Shown: positions 10,966 through 22,528 of the stretch, piece after piece | Layout: every line of letters begins with the position of its first letter | Numbering within the stretch: position 1 is the stretch's first letter | Origin: Saprolegnia diclina VS20 | Lineage: Eukaryota | Length of the DNA: 37,914 bases | Assembly: GCF_000281045.1 (NCBI RefSeq) | Contig: NW_008246135.1 | Location: 186,520 to 224,433 of the forward strand | Direction of reading: 5' to 3' | Notes under the pieces: model-generated | Database searches by the model: none | What the model was told of the DNA's origin: nothing | Seen by the model: the letters and a program-made list of their open reading frames with translations, nothing else | Program-made: the position numbers and the translations under genes

Positions 10966-12102
10966 ATGGCGGCAAGTCGTACCGACGCGCTGGTCGGACG
11001 TGCCATCGCAGCCGATGCCCGCGGGTACCGCCACCTCGTGTCGCTCTACAAGGCCGAGTACCACATTGACGAGCTACAAGCGAGTGACAAGGCGTGCGTC
11101 ACGGCTGCCGTACGCGCCCTCCGAGTGCACGACGCGGCGGCCGACCGGGCACCGGCACCAACAGGCGTTGCCGTCTTGACCGCGTATACGACCGACTATA
11201 GCATTGGTGCTGCTTGCGCCGCCGTCAACAAGCAGTACGCCGACCGCCACGGGTACGAGTTTTACTGCGACGAACTGCCGTACGATGAGATGATGGCGGC
11301 GATCGCGCCGCGCCGCTTTTGCGGCTGGTACAAGGTCGCGATGCTCCGGCGACTCTTGGCCAACATGGACGAGTTGCTCGATCGTGGCATTGGCTATCTT
11401 TTCTGGATCGACGCCGATGCTGTTGTGGTCGACCAAACCAAACCTGCGTCGGCTCTCATTGCTGCGGCGGGCCATCGCGGTACGCTAGCTGTCATTTCTT
11501 ATTGCTCATGTTGTTGTGTAGAGCTCATTCTCGCCGAAGACATGAACCCGTGCTGCCTCGTCAACACGGGCGTGCTCCTCGTCCGTGTCTGCGAGTGGAG
11601 CCAGCGTGTCTGGGATGACGTCTGGACCATGCGGCGGTACTTTGACGTCTTCTTTTACGAGCAGTCGGCGCTTCTCCGCGTCTTGAAGCAGCGGGACGAA
11701 GGCCTTTTGGACGTCCAGCCCTTTCACAGTTTTGTCAAGCATGGACCGAGCGGTCTCAAGCTCTTCCCACACGTGGCCGTGACACCCCATTTGGCGCTCA
11801 ATTCGAACCGGTGTCGCGGGCTCACTGTCCACGTCAGCGATCCGACTCGGCGCATCGACACCAACTACTCCAAGGACGAAGACCCGAACGCGATGGCCGA
11901 GTTTATCTTCCACTGTGCCGGTAGTCGCTTCGTCTCTTGAGGTTATATAACGATATTTTGCATATTAGGTCGTTGTGACAAGGCGCGAACACTCGAGGCC
12001 GTGCTCACTGCCCACGGGCTCGACACGTCGTCGCTCGAGCTCTCGCAGCTCAAGCTCGTGCGCTCCAAAACGACGGTGACAAATGCTATCCCCGAGGTAT
12101 AG
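10966..12102 (+). CDS. Glycosyltransferase family 34-like (GMA12/MNN10 type), 3 exons
   Basis: Motifs NKQYADRHGYEF, WYKV..L, FWIDADA (DxD), AED...VNTGVLLVR..WS and YEQSAL. Introns at 11480-11521 and 11921-11968; stop TAG at 12100-12102. Confidence 0.8.
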
Positions 12103-12165
12103 CTCCATACGAGAAACACGCTTCAGTCCATGCCAAAAAGGACATATGTCATTTGTTGCGTCTCT

Positions 12166-14527
12166 TTACTTCTTCAAGCTCTGGCCGAGGAGCTCTTCCA
12201 GAAGCGTGTTGAGGTCGCCGAGCATGACGCGGCCATCGTCGACAAGGCCCGCCGACATGCAGCTGTTCATGTGCACCTGCTTGGCGACCTTGACCGCGAG
12301 GTCGTTGTTGGTCGCGCGGAGTTCGTTGAGCTTGAGCATGATCGGGTGACGCGGGTTGATCTGCAGCACGTGCTTGGAGGCCGGCATCGCCATGCCACCG
12401 CCCTGCTGCTGGTTGACCATCGCCATCATCTTGCGGATCGAGGCCGACTCGTGGTCCGTCACGACGGCCGGCGAGTCAGCAAGGCGGTTCGTCATGACAA
12501 CATTCGACACCTTGTCGTCCAGATGCAGCTTGAGCCACGCGGTGAAGAGGTCGGCGGCTTCGCCCGTGAGCTTGGCACCCTCCGAGTCGTCCTAGTACCA
12601 CTGAATCAGACCAAGACATGGTGTAGGAAGCGTACATCCTGGAGGTCGAGCTTGGCGTTCTCGGCCGAGACGATCTTGCGGCCGTTGAACTCTTCGACGT
12701 TGTTCATGACGAAGTCATCGACCGGGTGGTACGCAAAGATGACCTCCTTCTTCGTCTTCCTACACGAGCCATCAGTTGGCACCGCGTATCTTCGCACCAC
12801 CGTCGCACGCGATCGCACAAGGCGAGCGAGTCCGAAGGGTTGAAGAGAAAAGACGTACTTGAAGGCTTCGTAGTACGGCGACTGGAGCGCCATCTCACGC
12901 GACGGCGCGCAAATGTAGTAGATTTCCGACTGGTCGGGCGACGCGCGCGAGACGTACTCGTCGAGGGACGTCGTCGCCTCCGGGTCGAGCGCCGACGACT
13001 CGTAGCGCAGGAGCTTGGCCAAGGCGGCCTACGATGCCAACTGAGTTACGGACGTGAAGGTGGCGGTCGTACCTTGTTTTGGAAGTCCATGCACACGCCT
13101 TCCTTGATAAACATACCAAACTCCTTGAAGAACGCATCGTACGTCTCCGGGTCCTTGCGCGCGCGTTCGTCCAGGAACTTGAGGATGCGGCGCGTGAGCA
13201 CGTCCTTCATCTTGAGGAGGAGGCGCGAGTCCTGCATCTTCTCACGCGACAAGCTCAGCGGAAGGTCTTCGCTGTCGACGACACCGCGCACAAAGCGCAT
13301 CCAGTCGGGCAGAATGTCGGGTGATTGGCGCTCGATGAGCACCTTGCGCGAGTAGAGCGAGACGCCGGGTTCGAGGCGGGCGTACCCGTGCTTCTCCGTG
13401 TGGGACGACCCAATGAAGAAGAGCGTCTTGAGCTCAATGGGCGCGTCGGCCTTGAAGTGGAGGCGGTACATGGGCTCGTCGAATGCATTTGCGATAAACT
13501 TGTAAAACTCGGCGTACTGGTCGTCCGAGATCTCGTCGACGGGCTTGGTCCAGAGCGCTTGGACCACGTTGACTTCGGTCGTGTTGAGGAGGATCGGGAA
13601 CGCCACAAAGTTCGAGTACTTCTTGATGATCGACTCGACCTTCTCAGGCGTCGCAAACTCCTTGCACGACTCCTTCATGTGCATGACGATCTTGGATCCG
13701 CGGCCGGCCTCGTTGGTCTCTGCGACCTCGAACGACCCCGAGCTAGTCGTACGTTTAGTTAATTAGTACACGAGATGCGAGAGGTAGATCTACCCGTCCG
13801 ACGACCAGACGTGGCCTTTGGCGCCATCGAGCGCCGAGCGGGAGTAGACTTCAACCTTGTCGGCGACCATAAAGGCCGAGTAAAAGCCGACGCCAAACTT
13901 GCCAATGATGCCCGTGACGGCCGCGGTAGACTCGGACGGCGACTAGACGACAAAGATAAGACTCTTGCAAGCGACGACGCCGACGAACCTCGGTCTTGAG
14001 CTGCTCCATGAACGCCTTGGAGCCCGACCGCGCGATCGTGCCGAGGTTCATCACGAGCTCTTCCTTGGTCATACCAATGCCCGTGTCTTCAATCGTGAGC
14101 GTATGATTGACCGTGTCGGTCGTGATGAGAATCTTGGGCTCGAGCTCCGGGTTCAGGAGCGACGCCCCGACCGCCTAGGCGCATCAGGATACAGCATGAG
14201 CATGAGGATGATACCAAAGCTACTAGAACGCACCTGGTGGTGGCGAAACTTCTCGAGCGCATCGGACGCGTTCGAGATGAGCTCACGCACAAAGACCTCC
14301 TTGTCCGTGTAGATCGAGTGCGTCACAATGTCGAGGAGCTGGCGCGTCTCGGCCTGGAACTCGTGCTTGGTACCGGCCTCGCTGGCGTAGCTGCGCAGGA
14401 GCGTCGTCGGCAGCGCCAGCATGGCCTGGCGGCGCACGCTCGGGAGCAACGCGCGGGCAGCAGGCTTGGCGACGGCGCGGGCGGCCATGGCCTGGCGCAC
14501 GGCGCGGATTGAGTGGCGCAGCATCAT
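12166..14527 (-). CDS. TRAP1: Mitochondrial Hsp90 (TRAP1/Hsp75), 7 exons
   Basis: Arg/Ala-rich presequence [11 protein letters not shown]..., then [47 protein letters not shown] and [19 protein letters not shown], with no C-terminal MEEVD or KDEL. Introns at 14175-14233, 13943-13988, 13743-13793, 13029-13072, 12760-12858 and 12592-12635. Confidence 0.95.
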
Positions 14528-15551
14528 TCTGTCAAAAGCAGTTTGCCGTCGGCAATGTTCATGCGAGTGCACATGTCCTAATTAGGATTTTCACACCAGC
14601 TGTTTGAAACCAGGACTTTGCCGCAACAGGCACCCCCGGGTACTCGCCGCGGGGGCAGCGACGGCGAATAGCTTCTTCGGCGGCTTCTTCGCACTTGCCG
14701 CACGCGTGTGAGATGGGAAAGCGCACTGCGCGCTTGTTCCGCGCCACCGCCCGTGGCCAATCGGCGCCCCCCAGGTCGCCCTCGTGTTGAAGTTGGCGCC
14801 CCCAGCTGCAGTGCAGCCGCTAGATACGCTTGGTCCGGGTCGTAATCCAGAGGTAATCGCCTCTTGCAGCCATGCATTCGAAGGCGCCATCGATGGTCGT
14901 CGTTGGGATCGCGGCCGAGTAGCTCAACAAGTAGCATCGTGCACAGCGGGACGTGAGATCCGGTCGCGGTTTAGATCGTGCAATCAACCAAGCTAACACT
15001 GTCGCGTCTCGACCCGACACAATCATTCGCCGTGCTTGCATCTTATGACCTCGTCCGGTCGTCTCGCGCAAGTGCACCAATGCCATCGTCGCTGCATGCG
15101 ATCTGAAATTAGGATCGATCCTGGGGCGCCATTTTTCTCGAAAACTCGCAAGTGTATACGGATACGCGATTCGTATCCGGCCAAAACGTATCTTCGGGGG
15201 GTGTGCTTTGTGCAACGGGCGTATCATCATGTCCATGCTGCCCCTTCTCGACGGCAATGGCCGAGCGAGTGTCTCTGCAGAGCGACAAAGGGATCTTCCG
15301 GTCCCTCCCGCGTTGCTAGCACGTAGTGGCAGTCACGTGTGGCGTGGAGGCTGCATGGTGTGGTTGTATCGCCAGTCGCCGCTGCCCACAGCGTTGGTCA
15401 CATCGCTCGCTTCTTGGTTGACAGTGCGAGACGCGGCGCCGTCCACTGTGACAGCAAGCGACTCGGATCAGCAAACCGCGACGAGATGCCATCTCAGGTG
15501 CTCCTGATTGGCTCGCGTTGGTTTGGGTTCTTCTTCTTACCTTCCTGTCCT

Positions 15552-15568
15552 GCTCAGTTTGCATTTTG
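15552..15568 (+). promoter_or_regulatory. Oomycete Inr+FPR-like core promoter
   Basis: GCTCAGTTTGCATTTTG about 20 nt upstream of ATG 15589 resembles the oomycete YCAYTY..CAWTTY element. Confidence 0.55.
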
Positions 15569-15588
15569 CAGCATCCTCCATTGGCACG

Positions 15589-15975
15589 ATGGAAGCACCC
15601 GCGTACTACTGCCTCTATAAGACGAGCAAGTGCCGCAACCCACGCGGGCTCAAGCGAGACGGGACGCTTCACCGTATGTGCAACGACCACCGCGCCAAGG
15701 CCAACGAGAGCCAGCGGAAGAGCGAGGCCAAGAAGCGATACCGCAAGCACGTTCTCAAGCGCCCGGCGTATGCACCGTACACGGTGTCGTGGTCGCCGCC
15801 TTTTGCCCACGTCGACGAGCTACCACTGACGTCGCCGACGTGGCACAGTCCCATGTTGGAAGACGATGCATCGACCGACGAAGAGCACATGTGGCCCGCG
15901 CCCCCCAAGATGGCACTGGCGTTTATCCTCGACGCAGACGTCGGCATGTGTCGTCGAGACGTTTCTTATGCTTAG
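15589..15975 (+). CDS. Small putative zinc-finger/transcription regulator (C-x6-C-x12-H-x2-C-x2-H motif + basic helix)
   Basis: CLYKTSKCRNPRGLKRDGTLHRMCNDHRAKANESQRK followed by a basic KKRYRK stretch and a C-terminal KMALAFILD motif. An Inr/FPR-like element lies just upstream. Confidence 0.75.
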   Translation: MEAPAYYCLYKTSKCRNPRGLKRDGTLHRMCNDHRAKANESQRKSEAKKRYRKHVLKRPAYAPYTVSWSPPFAHVDELPLTSPTWHSPMLEDDASTDEEHMWPAPPKMALAFILDADVGMCRRDVSYA

Positions 15976-16005
15976 CTAAGATGACGATGATGGTACCATC
16001 CGTGT

Positions 16006-17535
16006 CTACACTGTGTCGTGGTGGTGCGTGGCTGGGTCGTTGTCCTTGGGCTCGACATGGCGACCGCAGCAGCAGTAGCAGCAGCACGCGAGGAGGTTGA
16101 GGAGGATCATGAGCACCCACGGCGCCAGCACGAGTCCGACCTAGGCCATCATTACATTTGGAATTTGAATTTGGTGATGGGACTTACCATGATGAGCCAC
16201 GGGAGGAGCACGTAAAACGACGAGAAATCGCCCGACTGGAGGCGGTAGGCGAGGATGAAGAACGGCGACATGGCGGCAAAGACTCCAATGAAGACGCACA
16301 AGAGACCAAAGAGGCTCGGCGCTGGCTCGTCGTCGTGCACGTTGTCTTCGTCGAGGTGCGCCATCCGGTGCTTCCGGCGCAAGTAGGTTTGAATCTGAGA
16401 CGCAAGGATAAGATCTTTTTCGAGCACCAATAAGACAGACGTACATGGGGCACAACGAGCGTAATGACGTAGATCCACACGGGTAAAAACACAATCCACC
16501 AGCTGCACTCGAGAGCAGCTTCGATCTTGAAGGCCACAAGCAGTGCAAAGGCGAGCCGCAAGAGACTCATGGTCCACGAGTTGAGAATGTCCAGCATCTA
16601 ATTCGGTGCATCAGCAGGGCACGCGACATCGAGTCCACGTACGAGGCTCATCTTGGACATGCCAAACGTCGAGGAGGGGTCATTGGCAGAGGCGCGGGCA
16701 AACGCGGAGTACGCCAGCAGGCCGGAAATGACCTTCTCCACGAGGTAAAAGCCTTCGAGAACGTAGTACGGTGCCAAGACGAGGTGCATCGACCAGTCAA
16801 TCGAGTGCTGGAGCTTCATCGCGACAAAGATCTGACAGGCGACGAAGAGGAGCGCCTTGATGAGGAGCAGCCTACACCCCACGGTGGTTTATATCGTGAC
16901 GAGGACAATATATGTTGTACGATTTGCCAAGCAGCCGGAGCGGCTTGGACTGGCGGTCTTCGGGCTCTTGGTGGATATCGGCGTCGTCCCCGAAGAACGA
17001 GCACCCGATGCAGCAGAGGTAGATGCCATCGAGAATCCACATGGGCACAAACACCGTGAGCCACGACCAGCCCACGTCGTGGTCGATCTTGAGGCAAAAG
17101 AACACTAGTATCGCAACGCATTCGGTACCTATAGAGTTTGCAACGGGAAGACCACGTACGTGGGATCGACGAGAAGAAGCCAAGGAAGAGCGCGACGAAC
17201 GAGAAAATGAGGCATTTGCCGAGCGGGCCAGACGCGCTCAAGGAGCCGAGCATCGCCATGAGGAGCTCGTCCGGGCCCAAGTCGCCGTACTGGCTCACGA
17301 GCTTGACGCCGTCTTCGCCCATCATGTCGTAGATTTCGCGCTGCTTCGGGTCGCTCAAAATGTCGTACGCCGCCTTCATGGCCATGAACTCTTCCTGCGC
17401 CTCGGGCGTGTTGCCGCGCTTGTCCGGGTGCAGCTGCAGCGCCTTGCGCCGGTAGGCCTTCTTGAGGTCCTCGGCCGAGACGTCTGTGGTGACGCCCATC
17501 GCATCGTACAGCTTGGTATGCTTGGTCTGCCCCAT
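16006..17535 (-). CDS. DnaJ (J-domain) + TMEM185/Fragile-X-F-like multi-pass membrane protein with C-terminal cysteine string, 6 exons
   Basis: J domain LKKAYRRKALQLHPDK..AYDILSDPKQREIYD. Repeated LK.D...WSW..VF.P.W TM units. Introns at 17105-17159, 16872-16920, 16598-16642, 16395-16444 and 16141-16187. The last exon reads ...LLACCCYCCCGRH...HHHDTV*. Confidence 0.85.
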
Positions 17536-17905
17536 GCTCGTCCTCGGTGGTTTGGCTCAATCGGGCAACACAACTGCCATCTCGGCGACGTGTATTTTTA
17601 TTCGATTGTACTTTAGTGCTTACAAAACCCAAGTGTATTGAATCTTTTCGATTCCGAGAGGAATGATTCGCTGAAATGCCACCGTTTCCAGCGCATTGTA
17701 GCCAATCCAAAGGCGACATGACCGTAGACGGTCGCACTCAGCTGCGTCGCGCGCGCCACGACCACGAAAGAGCCTCCTGCTCGTAGAGGGTGGTACACGA
17801 AATTAATGCGTCAACTGCGGCGAGCGTGAGAGCGCAGGAGGCTCAAAGACATCGCGAGCGACACCATGTTAATGTCCACCAATCAACAGCAAGTCTCCTT
17901 GTGTA

Positions 17906-17923
17906 ATTTCAGCCAATCCCAAC
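17906..17923 (+). promoter_or_regulatory. Extended CCAAT box
   Basis: ATTTCAGCCAATCCCAAC, identical to 29514-29531. Both copies lie in divergent intergenic regions. Confidence 0.55.
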
Positions 17924-18784
17924 GCGAGAAGCTAACGTTGACACCGACGAGACCACGATGCGCCCGAGGGCTCGTTGCCGGGTCCTATGTAGCCTGCGTC
18001 AATAAGTCGTCTAGACTGAGCAAAACGGATAAGCTTCGCCACGAGTTCAACTGCGTGAACTTGCGGGTCATCAGCAAGGCTTGGAGCTTTTCGGGTCGGT
18101 GACAGCCACTAGCATCTCAGACGTCTGGGTCTGGAAGAGGAGATCAATGGTCGTCGCTCCAATGACAATATTGGCGTGGATGCTGGTTGCGAGCTCGTCA
18201 ACCGTGTTGCGCTGTCAGCGTCTCAATTTTCCAAGCGATGTTAATGCAAATTTTCACCTTGCTGGGTATCTCGCTGTCGTTAGGCACTCGCTGTCGCATC
18301 GCGCTGCATGTCGCCGCCTGAGCAAACGAGCATTGAGGCAGGTGATGATGAGCCAAAAAACTAGTCGCATCGAAGACCAACGGCTGGGTGCTTGCCACGC
18401 TGATCCCAACGATCTTTTTCAAAACGTGGAAGCACGGCAAGAGACCAATCAGCAATAAGATCGTAGGTTATCAGCCAATTAAAACACTGCGTGCAGCAAG
18501 TAGCCACTTCGATACTTTTGGACCGACATCATTTTGGAATCTTGCAAGGTGGCACTTGGAGCGCGCCAGATGTAGCCCGACCTGTTAAATAGTACCCGCT
18601 TGGTACAGATAGCACCCGCTCGGTACCAGATCTTACACCTTCATCTTCCACGATCATCGTCATAGCGTAGGGACCAAGCATCGACGCACGGACGCTAAAT
18701 TTATAGCAGCGTCGCGCGTCCATTGGTGCAAATGCTGCGTATCAAAAAGCAGCCAATCCACGATCGCGCCGTATTTTCGGATGC

Positions 18785-18799
18785 TCATTTTGGCCAATC
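18785..18799 (+). promoter_or_regulatory. Extended CCAAT box
   Basis: TCATTTTGGCCAATC upstream of SNARE 1. An identical 15-mer lies on the minus strand at 10224-10238, upstream of the PRPS-like gene. Confidence 0.6.
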
Positions 18800-18834
18800 G
18801 CATCCAGGGCACCCGAGATCTTTCAGTTGGCGAA

Positions 18835-19470
18835 ATGTCCGAGGGCTTCGTCGAGTACTACGAGACGTTCAAGGACGCGCGGGCCGACGTCGTCGGGCTC
18901 CTCAAGCGCATCGCTGCGGCTACTGGCGACAAGAAGACCGAGCTGCTCCGCGATGCCAACGCCAAGCTCCAGGAGCTCGAGCGCTACTACCGTATCCTCG
19001 AGCAGGAGGCCAAGGGCGGCGATGCACAGGAGAAGCGCAAGATGCAGTCGCAGCTGCGCGTGTGTCATGGCGACATTGCAAAGCTCAAGAGCAGCCTCGA
19101 GAAGGAGGCGCTATTGGGGCGGCCGGCGGCACCGGCCCCACGCACCGCGCAGGAGCAAGCGGCCGCGTACCAAGCGGGCATGGACCGGACAACCAACCAT
19201 CTGCAGGACGCCAAGCGCACGGTTGCCGAGATCGACGAGGTTGCGGTCAGTGTTGACGCGAATCTTGCGGTCCAGCGCGAGCATCTGGAGCGGGCGCAAG
19301 GCAACGTGGACGAGACGCGCGCGGACGTACAGGACGCCAAGAGCCATTTGCGCAGCCTGGCGCGAAAAGCGTTTTCGAATTTGATTCTGCTCTCGCTCAT
19401 CATCCTCGGTCTGCTCGCGGGCATCGTGTACACCCTCCTTTACAAGTTTTATTTGCGCTATCGACACTAA
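18835..19470 (+). CDS. Vti1-like Qb-SNARE, paralogue 1
   Basis: N-terminal three-helix bundle (MSEGFVEYYETF..), SNARE heptads with central Q (LAVQREHL) and a C-terminal TM helix. Intronless. Confidence 0.85.
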   Translation: MSEGFVEYYETFKDARADVVGLLKRIAAATGDKKTELLRDANAKLQELERYYRILEQEAKGGDAQEKRKMQSQLRVCHGDIAKLKSSLEKEALLGRPAAPAPRTAQEQAAAYQAGMDRTTNHLQDAKRTVAEIDEVAVSVDANLAVQREHLERAQGNVDETRADVQDAKSHLRSLARKAFSNLILLSLIILGLLAGIVYTLLYKFYLRYRH

Positions 19471-19793
19471 CGAATCAAGGAACGGCAAATTGATCGCTTT
19501 TTGCAGCAGGCAATAACGCGAATTCGGGTACGAGCGAGGGTAGGGTCCCTTGGCTATGTTACATATGTATCATGCACCCCCACTTGCCGATAGCTTTGGA
19601 GATAAACTACTTTAGCAACCCCGAAACATCTCAGTCACTTCAACTACCTGCAGTCACACAAAGGACGCTCCCCTCCTCCTTGCTCGATGCAACACCAAGG
19701 CTCACGCGAGGGGACCCGTACATAGTCGCTCGCCGCATGCAAATCAAGAGCTCCTTTGTTATATACAGTGATTATGCTAATTTCTTGGTCGAC

Positions 19794-20900
19794 TTACCAC
19801 GAGCAGGGAGGTGCCACACGAGGCTCGGTAGTCGACGCACCGCTGGCACTCGTATCCTTCAACGTTGCCGAGACCAACGGGCTACGGCCAAGACTGCTCT
19901 TGCGATACGAGCGCGAGCGGAGTTCACTCTCGCCATGCGCATAGCTAAGACACGTTGCTCGTGTGACCGGTTGCAGAGGAGACCGAGGCGTACGTGCACT
20001 TGGCGCCAAACGTGCAGCTGCCTCGCGTATGGTTGACGCACAACTTCGTCTTGATCTTGTTCCACTCACTGCTGTCGTGACGATACCTACGTCACGTGTC
20101 AATTGGTTGGTCAACGCCACCTCGCGTGCGTACTCGCAGTCGTCGCCGCGGGTGCAGGTACCGCGGCGGTAAAAGGTGCACGCTGGCTTGGACACGAGAG
20201 GTAGCGCTCGCCAGTTCTCGGACGACGCACAGCGCTCGTTCGTGAGGGTTCGAACCGACGGTAAGGGACCAGGGTTGTAATGCCACGCAGACTTGACGGG
20301 GGAGCCATAGCCGTCGGCGTCCGAGCCGGAACTACAGTCGCACCGTGTACATGAGCTAGCGGCGATCGAGCTCTCACCTCTCCGTCGTGGCCGTGCTTGT
20401 GTCAGCAGAGATTGCCCGGGCTGCATCGGTGACAAACGGTCGCAGCTCGGCGGTCGAGTGCGCGTAGCTACATCTCAAATGTCAAAGAATCGCGCCCACG
20501 TATCGATGACGTACACGCAGCTCGCACCAAACGAACACGATCCCTTCTTCATGTGATAGCACATTTTGGTCTTCAGATAGCCGTGCTTGGGCTTCGCAGG
20601 CGGTCGGTACGGCGGTGTCGCCTCGAGTTGAGTCGACCCTCGCAAGGCCCGAGCAATGCGCTGGTACTTGGCCACATTCTCGGTTGTTGTCGGGGCGTGG
20701 GCCATGAGCGCGGCAAGGTCTTCGATAGCTTGACCTCGCGAAACCACTAGGTCGAGTGACGGATGCGTCGACATAAGGAGGGCAACGAGCACCCAATGCA
20801 GGCACCACTGCTGTCGGTCGTCGTCGTCGTCGCTGCGGTGAAGTGTCGGCAACGGCGCTAGAAGACCGAGGAGCAAGAGAAAGCGCTCCGAGGCGGACAT
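19794..20900 (-). CDS. Triple CCCH zinc-finger protein (TTP/ZFP36-like KTKxC lead-ins), at least 5 exons
   Basis: Splicing out 20468-20514, 20332-20377, 20087-20133 and 19945-19993 restores three C-x7-C-x5-C-x3-H fingers: KTKMCYHMKKGSCSFGASCVYAH, CTFYRRGTCTRGDDCEYRH and KTKLCVNHTRGSCTFGAKCTYAH. A further GTAAGT intron may move the stop to about 19744. Confidence 0.82.
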
Positions 20901-21363
20901 ATCAGTTATGTCGTTCTGCCTTGGTCTGCGTCGAACCCATCACGCGTCCGCGCTGTGATGGTGGTGGACTTTGGTCGCCTTTACTCTCGATTGGGATTGG
21001 TGGTTCGAAAAAGCAACGACCAATCAGGAGGTCGATTACTTGAGGCGGTCGGGATCGTCTCGAACCATCGACGGCATGCTGTCGCCTCGTCGTGGCGATA
21101 CTACGATAAGTCTTTTTAACTCCAACTCTTTACCTCTTTACATAGCTGTCTAGTAAGTACTCCTAGTCTTTATGCCACACTATATAGTATTCCATTCAAA
21201 CACGTTTCTCATCGCGGCGCTCGGTGTCAACTCGCATAACGCGATGCGATTGGCGCATCGCTTTTATCGCATTCGATTTTAGCCAATGGCCTTGCGTCCA
21301 ACACACACGCACTCTGTCCCTGCAGAGAGTGACACACGGGTGCAGACAGAAATCAGCAGCGCG

Positions 21364-21996
21364 ATGACCGAGTCCTTCCGCGAGTACTACGAAGCGTTCA
21401 AGGACCTCCGGTCCGAGGCGGCAGCCGTCATCCGCCTCATTCCCGATGCGCCGGTGGACCGCCGCATGGCCCTCGAGCGCGACGCGCAGGACCGCATCGA
21501 CGAAGTTGAGCGCTACGTGCGCATTCTCGGCCAAGAGGCGCTGGGCGGCGACGCCCAAATGAAGCGCAAGATGCAAACGCAGCTGCACAGCTGCAAGTCG
21601 GACCTCGAGAAGCTCCACAACAACCTCTCGAAAGCGGTCTTGGTCGGCGCTGCCCACGAGCGGAGCACGGGCACGACGACCGTGACGGTCCAAGACCGAC
21701 TCGACCGCACCGGCGCCGTCCTGAACGACGCCATCACGACCATTGAAGAGACGCGCGCCATCGCGATCGGCGTCGGCGAGAGCCTCGCGACGCAGGGCGA
21801 CCAGCTGCGCCGGGCCCAAGTCAATGTGCATGCAACGCGCGTCGACGTGAAAGAGGCCGCGCTGCACCTCAAGAGCCTCAAGCGCAAGAACAACGTCAAG
21901 ATTTTCTTTCTCTGGTTCATCATCTTTCTCCTTGTGGGAGGGATTGTCTACTGGTTTGTGGACAAAATTAAGAACGTGTGGGGCGTCGTTGCCTAA
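21364..21996 (+). CDS. Vti1-like Qb-SNARE, paralogue 2
   Basis: MTESFREYYEAF.., SNARE motif LATQGDQL and a C-terminal TM. Homologous to the other two copies. Confidence 0.85.
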   Translation: MTESFREYYEAFKDLRSEAAAVIRLIPDAPVDRRMALERDAQDRIDEVERYVRILGQEALGGDAQMKRKMQTQLHSCKSDLEKLHNNLSKAVLVGAAHERSTGTTTVTVQDRLDRTGAVLNDAITTIEETRAIAIGVGESLATQGDQLRRAQVNVHATRVDVKEAALHLKSLKRKNNVKIFFLWFIIFLLVGGIVYWFVDKIKNVWGVVA

Positions 21997-22528
21997 TCGA
22001 CTAACTTCATAACAATTGTCTCCTTGTAGTCATCTTGACGATACATGGTCTTGTACGAGGAGCTACAGCGCCAGTAGAACGTCATGTGCGTCATGCATGA
22101 CTCGCGAGTTTGCAACCTTTGAGTTTGAGTTTTGATTTTCGCGTGCTTGCCTGGGGATGTCGACCGACATCCTGTCCACAACACTTGCTCAAAAAGATAC
22201 TTTGGATCTTGCCCAGTGGCGACGGCGACATCACCCTCCAGGTTCTCAACCTCGTCATTCGAAGACTCGGTAAGTATTGTCTTATTCTAGTGTACCATAG
22301 TGTCCCTTTCCCTAAAACGGAGGACTAGAGACCTTTGGACATCTAAGGTCCTTCGCCCCGTGTAAATATATTTGGAAATTGTGCATTTTTAGTCGACTGG
22401 ATTTTCCCAACTATTTCGCGTTTTGATTGGTCAAAATCTCTTCGTTTACCCGCCTTTTAACCAATGGCATCGTGTGGCAATTCCCGCACTCTGACTTCTT
22501 CCGAGCGGCGAGCAGCAGTGTGAGCAGC

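Noticed and set aside
14530..15550. Short ORFs between TRAP1 and the zinc-finger gene
   Set aside because: They show no coding-like composition or motifs; this is most likely divergent promoter sequence.
18591..18631. Imperfect 20-nt tandem duplication (AGTACCCGCTTGGTACAGAT / AGCACCCGCTCGGTACCAGAT)
   Set aside because: Only two copies, with no terminal inverted repeats or other mobile-element hallmarks.
20245..20262. GGTTCGAA T-loop-like motif (also near 21002)
   Set aside because: No cloverleaf could be built, and the first copy lies within a coding exon.
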